A DNA stretch of 64,000 bases from Thermodesulfobacteriota bacterium (GCA_963675595.2 CAXXLZ010000001.1:864001-928000), one strand, 5' to 3'; shown: positions 49,829 to 60,705, counted from the first letter of the stretch. A program made the numbers and translations. The notes: a model not told the origin generated them from the sequence alone.

Positions 49829-49859
49829 CATTATCATAGCGACTTTTTGAAAGTCAACG
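49829..49859 (-). promoter_or_regulatory. Putative sigma70 promoter of tetR overlapping a palindrome
   Basis: Minus strand reads TTGACT-N16-GATAAT and contains the dyad GACTTT-caa-AAAGTC. Confidence 0.45.
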
Positions 49860-50386
49860 TGATTTCTTATAGGCGTAGAAAAAAAGGAACAAACTTTTTA
49901 GCGTTGATATGGCACGGGGGGGCTTGACCGGAGAACGCCCTGATTGTACCAAACGACGCATGGTTGAAATTCGGCAATCCGTCGAGCCGTTGTGGCTGTC
50001 TTGATCTCATTCCATCCTTCCTTGGATTCATGAAATACGAAGAAAACAGAAGTAATACGGATCGATGCATGAATAGTATCGGCAATTCGGCTTATCGGTC
50101 CTTAAGGGTTTGGATAAAACCTATGTTACTTCACAATTTGCCGAAATTTGCTCTTTCCCTAAGTCCTGTGCTCCCAGGTTCAGGGAAGCCGGGGTGATTC
50201 CGTTTAGGTTAGGGAGGAGGGTTTCCCGGTTTTCCGGGGAAGAGTGGGACGTTGGGCAGGGGGGGGACCTTTGTGGACAAGTCCACGTTCAAAAGATAGT
50301 ATGAACCAGTTTCTTGTTCCTTTACACAGGGCCGGCGACTTCGTTCCGGATTCCTCAAACCTGAGCCGATCAGGGAGGCAAGTTTC

Positions 50387-52342
50387 ATGGAAACACGTAT
50401 TGCGACATCGTGTACCCGCGATTGCCCTTGTGGCTGCAGTCTGCTCGTCACCGTCCAAGACGGTGAGGTTGTGTCTCAACGGGCCGATTCCAGAAACTCC
50501 TATACTCGAAATTTCCTGTGCGAAAAAGGAAACCGCTATCTAAAGCGGGTTTACAGCCCGGAAAGACTCACGTCTCCCTTGAAGCGAGTGGGGGAGACTT
50601 TCGAAACCGTGTCATGGGACGAGGCGTTGGACATTGTGGCGGACAAGTTGACGGGCACTCGCCGGGAAAGCGGCCCTTTGTCCACTCTCTGGGCTCAGTA
50701 TTCCGGCTCCCTTTCCCTGCTCAATCTTTTTATGCCCAGGTTCTTCTGGATACATTTAGGCGGAAGTACGGTCACGACCGGTGGAATTTCCATCGACGCA
50801 CTTCAGGCGGCACAGGAGCTGGATTTTGGTGCTTGTCTGCTTCACGCTCCCGAAGACCTGATGAACTCCCGGAACATAGTGATCTGGGGAAAGAACCCCG
50901 CCGTTTCCAATATTCACTTGATGCCGTTCATCAAGGAAGCCCGGCGAAACGGGGCCCGGCTCACGGTCATTGATCCTCGCAGTTCCGAAACGGCCCGAAT
51001 GGCGGATCACCATATCGCACCCCGACCCGGAGGGGACGGGTACTTGGCCATTGCAGCGGCCAAGGAGATCCGTCGCCGACAAGGTAACATACCGGATTGG
51101 GTCGAAAAAGGGGCGAATTGGGAAGGATACCTCGACCTTCTCGACCGTTACAATGAGGATGATCTTTTAGAGCAAGCCGGCGTCGGTCGAGAGGAGGTCT
51201 CACTCCTGGCCGACGCTTATTGGGATGATCGTCCGTGTTCCACATATATGGGGTTGGGGTTGAATTGGTGGAAGCAGGGGGGAGCCCATTGCCGCTTGGT
51301 GCATTCCTTAATATATATGAGTGGGAACGTGGGGGTCGCCGGAGGTGGGGCGAACTTTTTCAATCGCGACTTTCCTTTCAGTACACAACCGTTCCGAGAA
51401 GAAATGGCCAAGGCGAAGGAGCGAGGAGTAAATTTGGTGAAGCCTCGGCGGCTTGTCCTTCCTCTCCTGGCTCAGGAAATCGAGAAGGCGGAGGATCCGC
51501 CGATAAGGGTCGCGTGGATTTCCATGTTCAACCCGGTGGCCACGGTACCTGATTCCAACCATCTGGCGAATGTGCTGCGTTCCCTGGAATTCGTGGTAGT
51601 CACCGAGCAATTCATGACCGCCACTGCGGCGTGCGCCGATATCGTTTTACCGGTCACCACTTATCTGGAAGAAGAGGACGTGATTGGAAGCCATGGGCAC
51701 TCGTTTGTCGGACCGGTAAATGCGGCCATTGCTCCGCGAGGCCAAGCTCTCAGCAACTTTCGTATCTTCCAGCTGCTTGCCGAGAAGCTGGGATTCGGAG
51801 ATGCCTTGGCGGGATCTGAATGGGATTGGATTGCCCGGGCGTGGAGTCCTCTGTCCGAGCAAGGCATCACGTTGGACCAGGTGAGACAAGGGCCCGTGAA
51901 GCGTCCATTACCGTCGGTTCCGTTCAGTGACGGTGCCTTTTCAACAACCGACGGCAAATTTCAATTCATCACGGAATATGAGGGCCGTCCTCAAGACGAG
52001 CCGGGATTGTCACTCCTCATGGTGAAGGTATCCTCGTTCCTCAATTCACAACTACTGGACGATGAGGCACGTCCCGTACCCACGGTTCTTCTGAATCCGG
52101 TGGTTATGAAAAGCCTGGATCTGAGGGATGGGGATCGGGTGTGGATTCGGTCTCCCCTGGACCGAGTTGAAGCCGAAGTCGTGTCTTCCGAAAGAACCCG
52201 CGCCGACGTAGCCGAACTGTCACCTTCCATTTGGGCGGATGGCGGGAGGGGCGTCAACCGGTTGCGAGCGGCCCAGGTCAGTGACTTGGGACCCACGGCG
52301 GCCGTAAACGAGACGCGAGTCACCATTCACAAAGTGCCGTGA
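50387..52342 (+). CDS. Molybdopterin (DMSO reductase family) oxidoreductase
   Basis: N-terminal CTRDCPCGC...LCEKG Fe-S motif, SWDEALD, IWGKNP, VIDPR and ADIVLPVTT. Confidence 0.9.
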   Translation: METRIATSCTRDCPCGCSLLVTVQDGEVVSQRADSRNSYTRNFLCEKGNRYLKRVYSPERLTSPLKRVGETFETVSWDEALDIVADKLTGTRRESGPLSTLWAQYSGSLSLLNLFMPRFFWIHLGGSTVTTGGISIDALQAAQELDFGACLLHAPEDLMNSRNIVIWGKNPAVSNIHLMPFIKEARRNGARLTVIDPRSSETARMADHHIAPRPGGDGYLAIAAAKEIRRRQGNIPDWVEKGANWEGYLDLLDRYNEDDLLEQAGVGREEVSLLADAYWDDRPCSTYMGLGLNWWKQGGAHCRLVHSLIYMSGNVGVAGGGANFFNRDFPFSTQPFREEMAKAKERGVNLVKPRRLVLPLLAQEIEKAEDPPIRVAWISMFNPVATVPDSNHLANVLRSLEFVVVTEQFMTATAACADIVLPVTTYLEEEDVIGSHGHSFVGPVNAAIAPRGQALSNFRIFQLLAEKLGFGDALAGSEWDWIARAWSPLSEQGITLDQVRQGPVKRPLPSVPFSDGAFSTTDGKFQFITEYEGRPQDEPGLSLLMVKVSSFLNSQLLDDEARPVPTVLLNPVVMKSLDLRDGDRVWIRSPLDRVEAEVVSSERTRADVAELSPSIWADGGRGVNRLRAAQVSDLGPTAAVNETRVTIHKVP

Positions 52343-52580
52343 ACGGTTCGCCGATTCTCTCACGAGACGTCGTACACCTCGGGCAAAGAACGTCTCGTGA
52401 TTACTTGTTGCCGAAAACGGTTCGATTGGGTGTCGCTTCGGAATTCCCGGATCGCGATTCCGGTCTTTGGAAAGCGTATCCATCGGTCCGGAGTGACAAG
52501 GAGCCTTCGGGAAGGATGCGACAATTTCAAGAGATAAGACCGTCTATGCCCTGAACGGCGGAGGAGGCGAGCATGCCGCG

Positions 52581-53300
52581 CTACTCGCCGTTATCGTTCT
52601 CCGTGTGGCCGTCTTCCGCAATGTCGGGTTCCAGAGGCCATTCACCGGGCATCGTGGTGCATTCACGATGCCCCGACTCCGTTTGGGGTCTCCAAACCGT
52701 GCGAAGATCAGGGCTTCTGATACCCACTAGAATCTGATCGGCGAACTGGTCTATGTAATCCCTGAGATCCTGCGCCCTCCCCACAAGGAGCTTGCTGACC
52801 ACCAAATGCTCCACCGTTCCCAAGATCATGGCGCGAACCAGGTAGGGATTGGTTTCCGGTCTGAATTCTCCCGACGATATCCCTTCTTCCACGACGCGCA
52901 GAATTACTCGGGATCTTTCCCGCACAGCCTGATAAGCTATAGTATCCAGGAATTTCCGGTTCTGCTTGAGAATCAACATGACCACTGCGGCGTATTCCAG
53001 GTGGTTCTGGTATAGCCAGAGATAGTGGTAGATAATGCTTCTTATCTTGTTGGATGCTCCGCGAACGTGATCCAGAATGAACGCGAGCATTTCCATGGAG
53101 CGTCGTTCCGTCTCTCCGGGAATGGAGAACAGCAGTTCCTCCTTGGAGGAAAAATACTCGTAAATCGTTGCTTCGGATATGCCGGCTTTTTGTGCTACTT
53201 CCGAAATGGTCGCTTCGTGGAACCCTTTTTCTGAGAAAACCTTCTGGGCGGCCTCTCGGATACTCTGCTTGCGAGCCTCAAACCTATCCTTCTTCTGCAC
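52581..53300 (-). CDS. TetR/AcrR family regulator (paralog 2)
   Basis: About 90% aa identity to 49177-49785 by manual count; C-terminal extension. Confidence 0.9.
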   Translation of the reverse strand: MQKKDRFEARKQSIREAAQKVFSEKGFHEATISEVAQKAGISEATIYEYFSSKEELLFSIPGETERRSMEMLAFILDHVRGASNKIRSIIYHYLWLYQNHLEYAAVVMLILKQNRKFLDTIAYQAVRERSRVILRVVEEGISSGEFRPETNPYLVRAMILGTVEHLVVSKLLVGRAQDLRDYIDQFADQILVGIRSPDLRTVWRPQTESGHRECTTMPGEWPLEPDIAEDGHTENDNGE

Positions 53301-53439
53301 GCAAATCTCCCCTCAAATGATCAATTTCCTTTTCCTCCCAACAACAATATTCGGTACACGGCCGGCACGATGGTTCCTCCACGCGTCAGACGACGTTATG
53401 ACCAACTTGCGGAAGGACGTCGCAGGATTCGAGTCGCAG

Positions 53440-54105
53440 TTATTCGATCCAGGTAGTGAAATCGTCCGCTGAGACGCGTTTTCTCTCAAACCGATTGATG
53501 GCGGCGGAATCATCGGGATACCCGAGGGCGATTCCCATGACCACCCGTTTGTTCTCCGGGATTTTCAAAAGGGATCTGAGCGAATCCGGGTACCGAATCA
53601 CCGTAGACAAGATCAACGTGCCCAATCCTTTGTCATGGGCAAGTAGACAAATTCCGTGCGCAAAAATGCCGATATCCAACATACCGTATGGGACCTCCAA
53701 CTGGTCGTCCAGGAGCAGGAGGATCATCACGGGCGCACCGAACATGGTGTACATTTCTTCGTAGTATCGATTCCGAGCCTCTCGATCATCACGGGCGATG
53801 CCTTGGGCGTCCAGGCACGATTTCCCAATGTCGGCGACCCGCTCGTGCCATTTGGGAGGGAATCTGTCCGGCGTCGGAATATCCGATTTATGGGGAGCAT
53901 GAACGGCGACTTTTTCGCGCTGCGAATCCTTGAACCGTGACAGCGGCTCGCCGGACACCATTACCACTTCCCAAGGTTGAGTGTTCGCCCAGGAGGGACA
54001 CCAGCGGGCTTCCGAAAGAATCTCTTCGAGTAATGCTTTCGGGACCGATTCGGATTTGAACTTCCGAATGCTTCTTCTTCCTTTAAACACTTCCATGAAG
54101 TCCAT
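53440..54105 (-). CDS. Nitroreductase family protein
   Basis: RRSIRKF, PSWANTQPW and IALGYPD motifs. Confidence 0.92.
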   Translation of the reverse strand: MDFMEVFKGRRSIRKFKSESVPKALLEEILSEARWCPSWANTQPWEVVMVSGEPLSRFKDSQREKVAVHAPHKSDIPTPDRFPPKWHERVADIGKSCLDAQGIARDDREARNRYYEEMYTMFGAPVMILLLLDDQLEVPYGMLDIGIFAHGICLLAHDKGLGTLILSTVIRYPDSLRSLLKIPENKRVVMGIALGYPDDSAAINRFERKRVSADDFTTWIE

Positions 54106-54783
54106 GCAGTTTCCCCTTTCTACTGAGGCTCTGAAATATCAAAATGATCACGCAGGCTTTGGAAACCGTACTACATTCTAACGGCCCGTCGGATCCAGGG
54201 CAAGGCAAAAACCACCACAATAACCGGGATGAAGCCGATTCCCGAAACCTGCATGCGGAATATGCGGGTAAGCAATATATAACTGATTGAAATAGTTAGG
54301 ATGCTGAATTTTTGAAACGCGTTGTTCCCAGCTTCGATGGACGGCGGTTTAACCGGAAAGAGGGGATGGTTAGCGTTCTGATGTAATCCATGCATGCCTC
54401 GGAAAAACATTCAAAAACCATTCTGGTGCTCAGAGAGCCTTCAATTTCACATAACCATGTTATGCGAGAGGGTCAATTTTACGAATGCATCAAAGGAAAT
54501 CTTGACAATTTCGAGGCACCATGTTAGATACGCCATCCGTTATGGTGTTGTTCGCACGAGAGTCATCATTAGGCGGCTCTCGAGAACGGCGGGACGCCGG
54601 GTCGTCTCTCGGGCGACGCTGCCGCAAATCGGGCATTCCTAAGCGTTCGCATCGGCGTTGCCGCACCCTGGGCCTTGCGGCGAGAACATTAAGATTACAG
54701 ACGCGTCGGGGAGGCCGATCCGGAAGCTCCGTTGCTTGTGAGTCTATGGAGTAGACGTTGAATCATTTATAAGGAGGAAAGTG

Positions 54784-54996
54784 ATGAGCGAAGTTTTTGC
54801 CCCGATGGCCGGGAAGATCATCAAGATCATGGTGAACGTGGGTGACGGCGTGGAAGAAGACGATGAGGTATTGATCATGGAAGCCATGAAAATGGAAATG
54901 CCCGTTGTCAGTCCCGAAAGTGGGACGGTGAAGGAAATCAAGGTGAAAGAAGGCCAGGCGGTGGAGGCCGAAGAAGTGGTGATGGTTGTCGAGTAG
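54784..54996 (+). CDS. Biotin carboxyl carrier protein
   Basis: APMAGKI...EAMKME biotinylation motif; AGGAGG RBS. Confidence 0.92.
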   Translation: MSEVFAPMAGKIIKIMVNVGDGVEEDDEVLIMEAMKMEMPVVSPESGTVKEIKVKEGQAVEAEEVVMVVE

Positions 54997-55254
54997 AAAC
55001 ACGACAGCTTTCCATTTTCTTGACGTTAACCTTCGGGGTGCGCATGCTGCGTCATCGAAATCCGGTGATCGGCGAAGTGCGGACTGAAGGCGGTCGTACT
55101 GGACGGGTCGGCGATTGATCGGACAAGCCGGGATTCGCCTGGGAAACGTAAGTAATAGGCGAGCGGGGCTTGCTTATATGTCCGGGATTGATGTACAGGG
55201 AATTCCGTATCAATCTCATTTGTGACCGTAACCTGATATTTGGAGAAGCCGAAC

Positions 55255-55398
55255 ATGGTTGACTGGGATCAAGCCGTCAAGATCGTGGTGAACGGGTTCC
55301 TGGCCGTATTCGTGATTATGGGAATACTGGCCGGATTGACAACGATTGTAGGAAAAGTTCTTTCTCGCACTCAGAAATCCGACAAGGAAAGGGCGTAG
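55255..55398 (+). CDS. Small membrane subunit of Na+-translocating decarboxylase (OadG/delta-like), 47 aa
   Basis: MVDWDQAVKIVVNGFLAVFVIMGILAGLTTIVGKV... single TM helix, GGAG RBS, abuts the beta subunit gene; below the ORF-track cutoff. Confidence 0.75.
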   Translation: MVDWDQAVKIVVNGFLAVFVIMGILAGLTTIVGKVLSRTQKSDKERA

Positions 55399-55399
55399 T

Positions 55400-56536
55400 A
55401 TGTTTTTGGGCATCCAAATGGGTTTCGGCTTCATGTCCATCGGGCAACTGGTCATGATTCTGGTCGGATTGGGCTTCATGTACCTGGCCATCAAGAAGAA
55501 GTGGGAACCCTATGAATTGCTTCCCATCGGTGCCGGAATGTTGTTGGCGAATCTACCGCTTACCGGGTTGACCACCGCGCCCGCACCGGGGCTTGGGCCG
55601 GGAATGGCGGGGATTCTGGGCATCATTCTGAAATACGGTTTGTACACATGGACGATTCTGCCCCAATTCATCTTCTTCGGAATCGGGGCGCTGACCGACT
55701 TCGGACCGCTGATCGCCAATCCCCGGGCCTTCTTTCTCGGTGCGGCTGCGCAGTTGGGGATCTACACCTCGTTCGTGGGCGCGCTCCTTCTCGGGTTCAC
55801 CATTCCCGAGGCATGTTCCATCGGAATCATAGGAGGAGCGGACGGTCCCACCACCATCTACACGACCGGTCTCTTGGCACCCGACATCATGGGCATTACG
55901 GCGACCGCGGCCTACAGCTATATGGCCATGGTGGCGATCATCCAGCCTCCCATCATCAAGGCGCTGCTCAGTAAGAAAGAACGCCAGATCTACATGAAGC
56001 CGCAGCTCAGGCCGGTTTCCAAGACCGAGAAGATTTTGTTCCCTCTGTTTACGATGATCATTGTGCTTCTGATGATCCCCAAGTCGGCTCCTCTCGTCGG
56101 CATGCTGATGCTGGGTAATCTGTTTCGGGAATCGGGCGTTGTGGAGCGGCTGTCCAACACGGCACAAAACGAGCTGATCAACATCATCACCATCTTGCTC
56201 ATGTTGGGCATCGGAGCGTCCATGCCTGCGGAATCCGTTCTTCAGGTCAAGACCCTGATGGTGCTGGGGCTGGGCCTGTTCGCCTTTTGCGTGGGCACCG
56301 CCGGAGGCGTTTTGCTGGGAAAGGTCATGAGCAAGTTCAGCAAAGAGCCCTTCAACCCCATGCTCGGCGCCAGCGGGGTGTCGGCCGTGCCCATGAGCGC
56401 CCGCATTGTGCAACATTTGGGACAGCATGAGAACAAGAAGAACCTGCTGCTCATGCACGCCATGGGACCCAACGTCGCCGGAGTGATCGGTTCCGCGGTC
56501 GCCGGCGGGTACTTTCTGGGATTGTTCGTGAAATAA
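55400..56536 (+). CDS. Sodium ion-translocating decarboxylase beta subunit (OadB/MmdB/GcdB family)
   Basis: GALTDFGPL, IGIIGGADGPT, AYSYMA, GVSAVPM and HAMGPNVAGVIGSA motifs. Confidence 0.95.
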   Translation: MFLGIQMGFGFMSIGQLVMILVGLGFMYLAIKKKWEPYELLPIGAGMLLANLPLTGLTTAPAPGLGPGMAGILGIILKYGLYTWTILPQFIFFGIGALTDFGPLIANPRAFFLGAAAQLGIYTSFVGALLLGFTIPEACSIGIIGGADGPTTIYTTGLLAPDIMGITATAAYSYMAMVAIIQPPIIKALLSKKERQIYMKPQLRPVSKTEKILFPLFTMIIVLLMIPKSAPLVGMLMLGNLFRESGVVERLSNTAQNELINIITILLMLGIGASMPAESVLQVKTLMVLGLGLFAFCVGTAGGVLLGKVMSKFSKEPFNPMLGASGVSAVPMSARIVQHLGQHENKKNLLLMHAMGPNVAGVIGSAVAGGYFLGLFVK

Positions 56537-56560
56537 TATCGGAATCGATTGCGTACAAAG

Positions 56561-56595
56561 AAAAGAAGGCCTCTCAAAGAGAGGCCTTCTTTTTT
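56561..56595. terminator. Bidirectional Rho-independent terminator
   Basis: AAAAGAAGGCCTCTC-AAA-GAGAGGCCTTCTTTTTT between convergent genes. Confidence 0.9.
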
Positions 56596-56617
56596 AGAGA
56601 AATCCGTCTCGTCCGGT

Positions 56618-57286
56618 CTACATGAAATCCATATCCCCACTGAAGGTGCCGTTGACAAAGGGGTTGGTAATGCGTTCGTGACCGATGGTGGAGGTGGGAG
56701 AGGGACCGTAATTGTGTCCGGGAAAGATCTCGGTGTCATCCGGCAGGGTCATCAGGTGCCGCTGGATCGAATCGAACATTTCGCTCCAGGATGATTTGGG
56801 ACCGTCCGTTCTCCCCACGGATCCCACGAAAAGCGTGTCTCCGGTCAAACACATGCCGGCGGGCTCATAATACAGGCATATGCCGCCGGGCGTGTGACCC
56901 GGGGTATGAAGCACCCTCCATCCATAGGAGCCGATGGTCAGCATATCTCCGTGTTCCAGTCTGCGATCCGCGGGCGGTGATTTTCGGGCGCTGAACATCT
57001 GGAGCCAGAACTCCCCGATCTTCGTCAAATAATCGGCCTCCGCCTCATGAATGAGGATTTCCGCTCCGGTCTTTTCTTTCATCTCGGCATTGCCCATCAC
57101 ATGATCCACATGCCCATGCGTGTTCAATATCGTACGGATTGTCAGACGATTCGCTTCAGCCAGTTCTATGATACGGTCCGCATCGTCTGCGGGGTCCACG
57201 ACCATGGCGTCGCCCGTATCGGTGTCGCCGATCAGGTAAGCGAACACCGCGTGATATCCAACTTCCAACTGACGAAAAAACATCAT
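56618..57286 (-). CDS. MBL-fold hydrolase (glyoxalase II-like)
   Basis: THGHVDH, TPGHTPG, TGDTLF and PGH motifs. Confidence 0.9.
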   Translation of the reverse strand: MMFFRQLEVGYHAVFAYLIGDTDTGDAMVVDPADDADRIIELAEANRLTIRTILNTHGHVDHVMGNAEMKEKTGAEILIHEAEADYLTKIGEFWLQMFSARKSPPADRRLEHGDMLTIGSYGWRVLHTPGHTPGGICLYYEPAGMCLTGDTLFVGSVGRTDGPKSSWSEMFDSIQRHLMTLPDDTEIFPGHNYGPSPTSTIGHERITNPFVNGTFSGDMDFM

Positions 57287-58179
57287 TAGTTCCGCCTCGA
57301 TTTTCTTAGGTAACCAAGAATCCCGGCCACGCTCAGGCCGAAAGAAAAGCGTTGTGTCGGAAAAGATTTAAGATGCGGCAGGCGTTCCAGGAAGGCCTCC
57401 AGCATTTCTTCGTTGGTTCCATCAGGGAACTGATCCAGCAAATCAGCCAAGGTCCCTACCCAGAGATCGTGTTGGCGCTTGAGGCGTGGAAAGAAATCGT
57501 CATCCCGTGCCAAATAATAGGGGCCGTTGTGGGTGAAAAACAATGACTTGAGATGGAGATCGGCTACCTTGTCCAGAGAAAGTTTGGATTTCGGAAGATC
57601 GTAGTCCGGAGGAGGGGCCAGGACGAAATTGGGCAGACCGAGGTACTTGCTGCCCAACGCATCTCCCACGAATCCGATTCCTTCCTCTGGGCAATAATAG
57701 ACTACATGGTGTCCGGCATGGCCCGGCGTTGCCAATACATGCAGTCGGCGATGGCCAATATCTATGACATCACCGGAATCCACCGCCACGATCGTATTGT
57801 CTTCCGAATCTATGGGGAGCAGTTCCCCTATCTGATGGAAACGGCTTCCGTAGGCTCTCCTGACGCTTTGGTTGAGTCGTTCCGGTCGAGCGAGATGATG
57901 GGCGCCTTCGCCGTGGACATATACGCGCATAGCAGGGTTGTCTCGCACCAGATAGCCCGCACCTCCGGCGTGGTCCAGGTGAATGTGGGTCAGAGCTGTA
58001 ACGTGGATGTCCGCGGGTGTCAGGCCCATCTTTCGCAAGGCCGCCACCAGTTCCGGGTACTCGAAGGGAAAACCGCATTCAACGAGAGTGGGGTGATCAT
58101 CAAGGATCACATAGCACGCGCGAACGCGATTGAGGAGAATCATAAACAGATTCGGGGCCACTTCTTCAATATGGAACAT
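57286..58179 (-). CDS. MBL-fold hydrolase
   Basis: THIHLDHAGG, TPGHAGHH and VGD motifs; start uncertain. Confidence 0.85.
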   Translation of the reverse strand: MFHIEEVAPNLFMILLNRVRACYVILDDHPTLVECGFPFEYPELVAALRKMGLTPADIHVTALTHIHLDHAGGAGYLVRDNPAMRVYVHGEGAHHLARPERLNQSVRRAYGSRFHQIGELLPIDSEDNTIVAVDSGDVIDIGHRRLHVLATPGHAGHHVVYYCPEEGIGFVGDALGSKYLGLPNFVLAPPPDYDLPKSKLSLDKVADLHLKSLFFTHNGPYYLARDDDFFPRLKRQHDLWVGTLADLLDQFPDGTNEEMLEAFLERLPHLKSFPTQRFSFGLSVAGILGYLRKSRRN

Positions 58180-58391
58180 AACGGCCTTGGCTGGAATCCG
58201 GTCTTGATCGACGGTTATGGCTTTGGCGGCGAAGCTGTGCAAGGAACGATGGACAAACTTAGGTAAGGTCGGCCTTGAACTCGCACACCGGAGAGTGGCG
58301 TAGGAAAAAGGTAAGAACATCGGACCGACCCGTGAGGGCGGAGGTCCGATGTTCGATGAGAGCCCCGATATCGACGTGGTGAGTTCTAATG

Positions 58392-59186
58392 CTATCCTTT
58401 GGAACCGAGCCTGAGGCCTCCATGGAGGAAATAAACCGCTCCGTTGATGGCTTCGTTTCGGTACATTTCAAAAATGAGGGAAGCCACCTCCTCCGGTTCG
58501 ATCAAGCGCCCGATGGGCACATTTTCCAGGATCTTGTCGAGGGCTTTCTGATTCATGCCCTTTACCATGGCGGTGCCCACATACCCGGGAGCGATTGCAC
58601 CGCAGCGGATTCGATCGGCGATGCCTTTTCTGAAAAACTCGGCCACGATAACACTGGGCATGACACTCATGGCCGCTTTGGTTGCGGAATAGTTGATTTG
58701 GCCGGCCGTACCCAGGGAGCCCGTCGAAGAGATAGTGCAGAGGAAGCCGCGGGAGCCGTTGTTGATCATCTGTTCCGCGCACTCTCTCAAGGTGAGGAAG
58801 ACGCCCGTGATATTGATGTCAAGCACGCGCTGGAACTGATCGACACTCATCTTTTTGGTGACTTTGCCCGTTTCCCTGTCGGGGGAGAGAAAAAGTCCGT
58901 CCATGATGATACCCGCACACGGAACGACCAGATTGATGTCGCCGAAGGTATCCACGGCTTTTTTAGCAAGCGCGGAGGCGTCTTCTTCTTTGGTGACGTC
59001 GCAAACGATGGAAGTCGCTTGGCCGCCCATGTCCTTGATTTCCTTCTCCACGCGTTCCAGGTTCTCTTTTACCACGTCTCCCAGAACAACCTTACCACCC
59101 AGTTTGACCCATTCCTTGGCCACCATCTCACCAATACCGCTGCCTCCGCCGGTGATTACCGCTACATGATCCTTGATCTCAAGCAT
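58392..59186 (-). CDS. Short-chain dehydrogenase/reductase (FabG-like)
   Basis: TGGGSGIG and YSATK motifs. Confidence 0.9.
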   Translation of the reverse strand: MLEIKDHVAVITGGGSGIGEMVAKEWVKLGGKVVLGDVVKENLERVEKEIKDMGGQATSIVCDVTKEEDASALAKKAVDTFGDINLVVPCAGIIMDGLFLSPDRETGKVTKKMSVDQFQRVLDINITGVFLTLRECAEQMINNGSRGFLCTISSTGSLGTAGQINYSATKAAMSVMPSVIVAEFFRKGIADRIRCGAIAPGYVGTAMVKGMNQKALDKILENVPIGRLIEPEEVASLIFEMYRNEAINGAVYFLHGGLRLGSKG

Positions 59187-59272
59187 TGTGAATCCCCTTT
59201 TCTGGTGCGAACATTTATGGGTAGCGAATTCATGGAATCAGATCGTCCGAGGCCGGCCGCCAATGTTTCGCC

Positions 59273-60250
59273 TCACGACTGAGAGAGATCCAATTGACGC
59301 TCCACTTGAACGGCGATCTCTCTGGCTGCGGACTCCGGGTCCTTCTTACGCGCCCATATTTGTTCCACGAGCTGGTCCAGGTTGTTGTTCCGACTCATAT
59401 GCTCCCAGGTAATCCGTGTGAGTTCCTTTTCGATAAGTCTCAGCAACTCGGCCCGTATTTGTGTTTTTCTTCGCTTCTTCAGGCGGTCTTCTTTCAGCAG
59501 GAATTCACGATGGGAAAGGATTCCCCGGTAGAGCTCTTCGATTCCCCAGTTGCGCATGGCCGCGGTCATGAAAACCGACGGTGTCCACTCGGACTTTCGG
59601 AAAGTCGTGCGCCGTTCGAGCATGTTGGCAATAGATTCAGCCATGGAATCGGCACCGGATCGGTCCGACTTGTTCACGGCAAAAACATCGGCGATCTCCA
59701 TCAAACCGGCTTTCATGATTTGAACGCTATCGCCGCTTTCAGGGACCAGCACTACAAGAACGGTGTCCGTAGCACTCACGATATCCAGTTCGGACTGGCC
59801 CACCCCCACGGTCTCAATGATGATGATCTGCTTTCCGCAGGCGTCCAGGATGCGGGTGGCTTCACGGGTGGTTTCGGCCAACCCCCCTACGGTCTTGCCG
59901 GCACTCATGCTCCGGAAGAAGATATCCCAGCCCGGTTTCTTTTTGACGTTCATACGAATACGATCGCCGAGGAGCGCACCTCCGCTGAAAGGACTGGAGG
60001 GGTCGATGGCGACGATCCCCACAGAGAAGCCCTCAGCGCAAAAGGTCCTTGTCAGACGGTCGACGAGGGTGCTTTTCCCCGCTCCCGGCGGACCGGTAAT
60101 TCCCACGTAATAGGCATTGCCCACGTGGGGATAAATATGCTTCATCACCTCGTGGGCGGTGGGATCGCGACGCTCCACCAGGGAGATGAGTCTGGCGATG
60201 GCCAGCGTCTCCCCGGCGAGCGCTTTACTCAGCAGCTCTTGTAATTCCAT
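59273..60250 (-). CDS. meaB: Acyl-CoA mutase-associated GTPase MeaB
   Basis: GPPGAGKST, DPSSPFSGGALLGDRIRM, ETVGVGQSE and NKSD motifs. Confidence 0.93.
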   Translation of the reverse strand: MELQELLSKALAGETLAIARLISLVERRDPTAHEVMKHIYPHVGNAYYVGITGPPGAGKSTLVDRLTRTFCAEGFSVGIVAIDPSSPFSGGALLGDRIRMNVKKKPGWDIFFRSMSAGKTVGGLAETTREATRILDACGKQIIIIETVGVGQSELDIVSATDTVLVVLVPESGDSVQIMKAGLMEIADVFAVNKSDRSGADSMAESIANMLERRTTFRKSEWTPSVFMTAAMRNWGIEELYRGILSHREFLLKEDRLKKRRKTQIRAELLRLIEKELTRITWEHMSRNNNLDQLVEQIWARKKDPESAAREIAVQVERQLDLSQS

Positions 60251-60265
60251 AAGTCCCTAAGGCGT

Positions 60266-60658
60266 TCAGACGGACACCGAGCCATTGACTACATCGATGA
60301 TGGTCTGCATGGGTGTGTCCGGAAGAAACACTCGATTGACACCGCCCTCGAGAAGCGCGGGTACGTGCTTGGGAGGAATGACGCCGCCCATGAATACCTT
60401 GACGTTGTCGAGTCCGCCTTCTTTGAGGAGTCTTACGGTCTTCAAGCCCAATGAATGGTGGTTTCCCCCCAACGTGCTCATGCCCACAACGTCCGCGTCT
60501 TCCTGCATCACCGCTTCAACGATCTGTTCAGGAAACTTGTTTCCGATATATACGACATCCATGCCGGCGTCTCTCAGAAACTGACTTACCAAGTAGACGC
60601 CTCTCCAATGAATGTCCAATCCCAGTTTCGCCATGACAACTTTGATCGGTCTGGTCAT
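60266..60658 (-). CDS. Cobalamin-binding small subunit of acyl-CoA mutase
   Basis: DIHWRG (DxHxxG), DVVGMS and GGVIP motifs. Confidence 0.9.
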   Translation of the reverse strand: MTRPIKVVMAKLGLDIHWRGVYLVSQFLRDAGMDVVYIGNKFPEQIVEAVMQEDADVVGMSTLGGNHHSLGLKTVRLLKEGGLDNVKVFMGGVIPPKHVPALLEGGVNRVFLPDTPMQTIIDVVNGSVSV

Positions 60659-60705
60659 TACTTAACCTCCATACGCTCGGCTCTTAGCACTGTTTCGGTT
60701 TTCGA

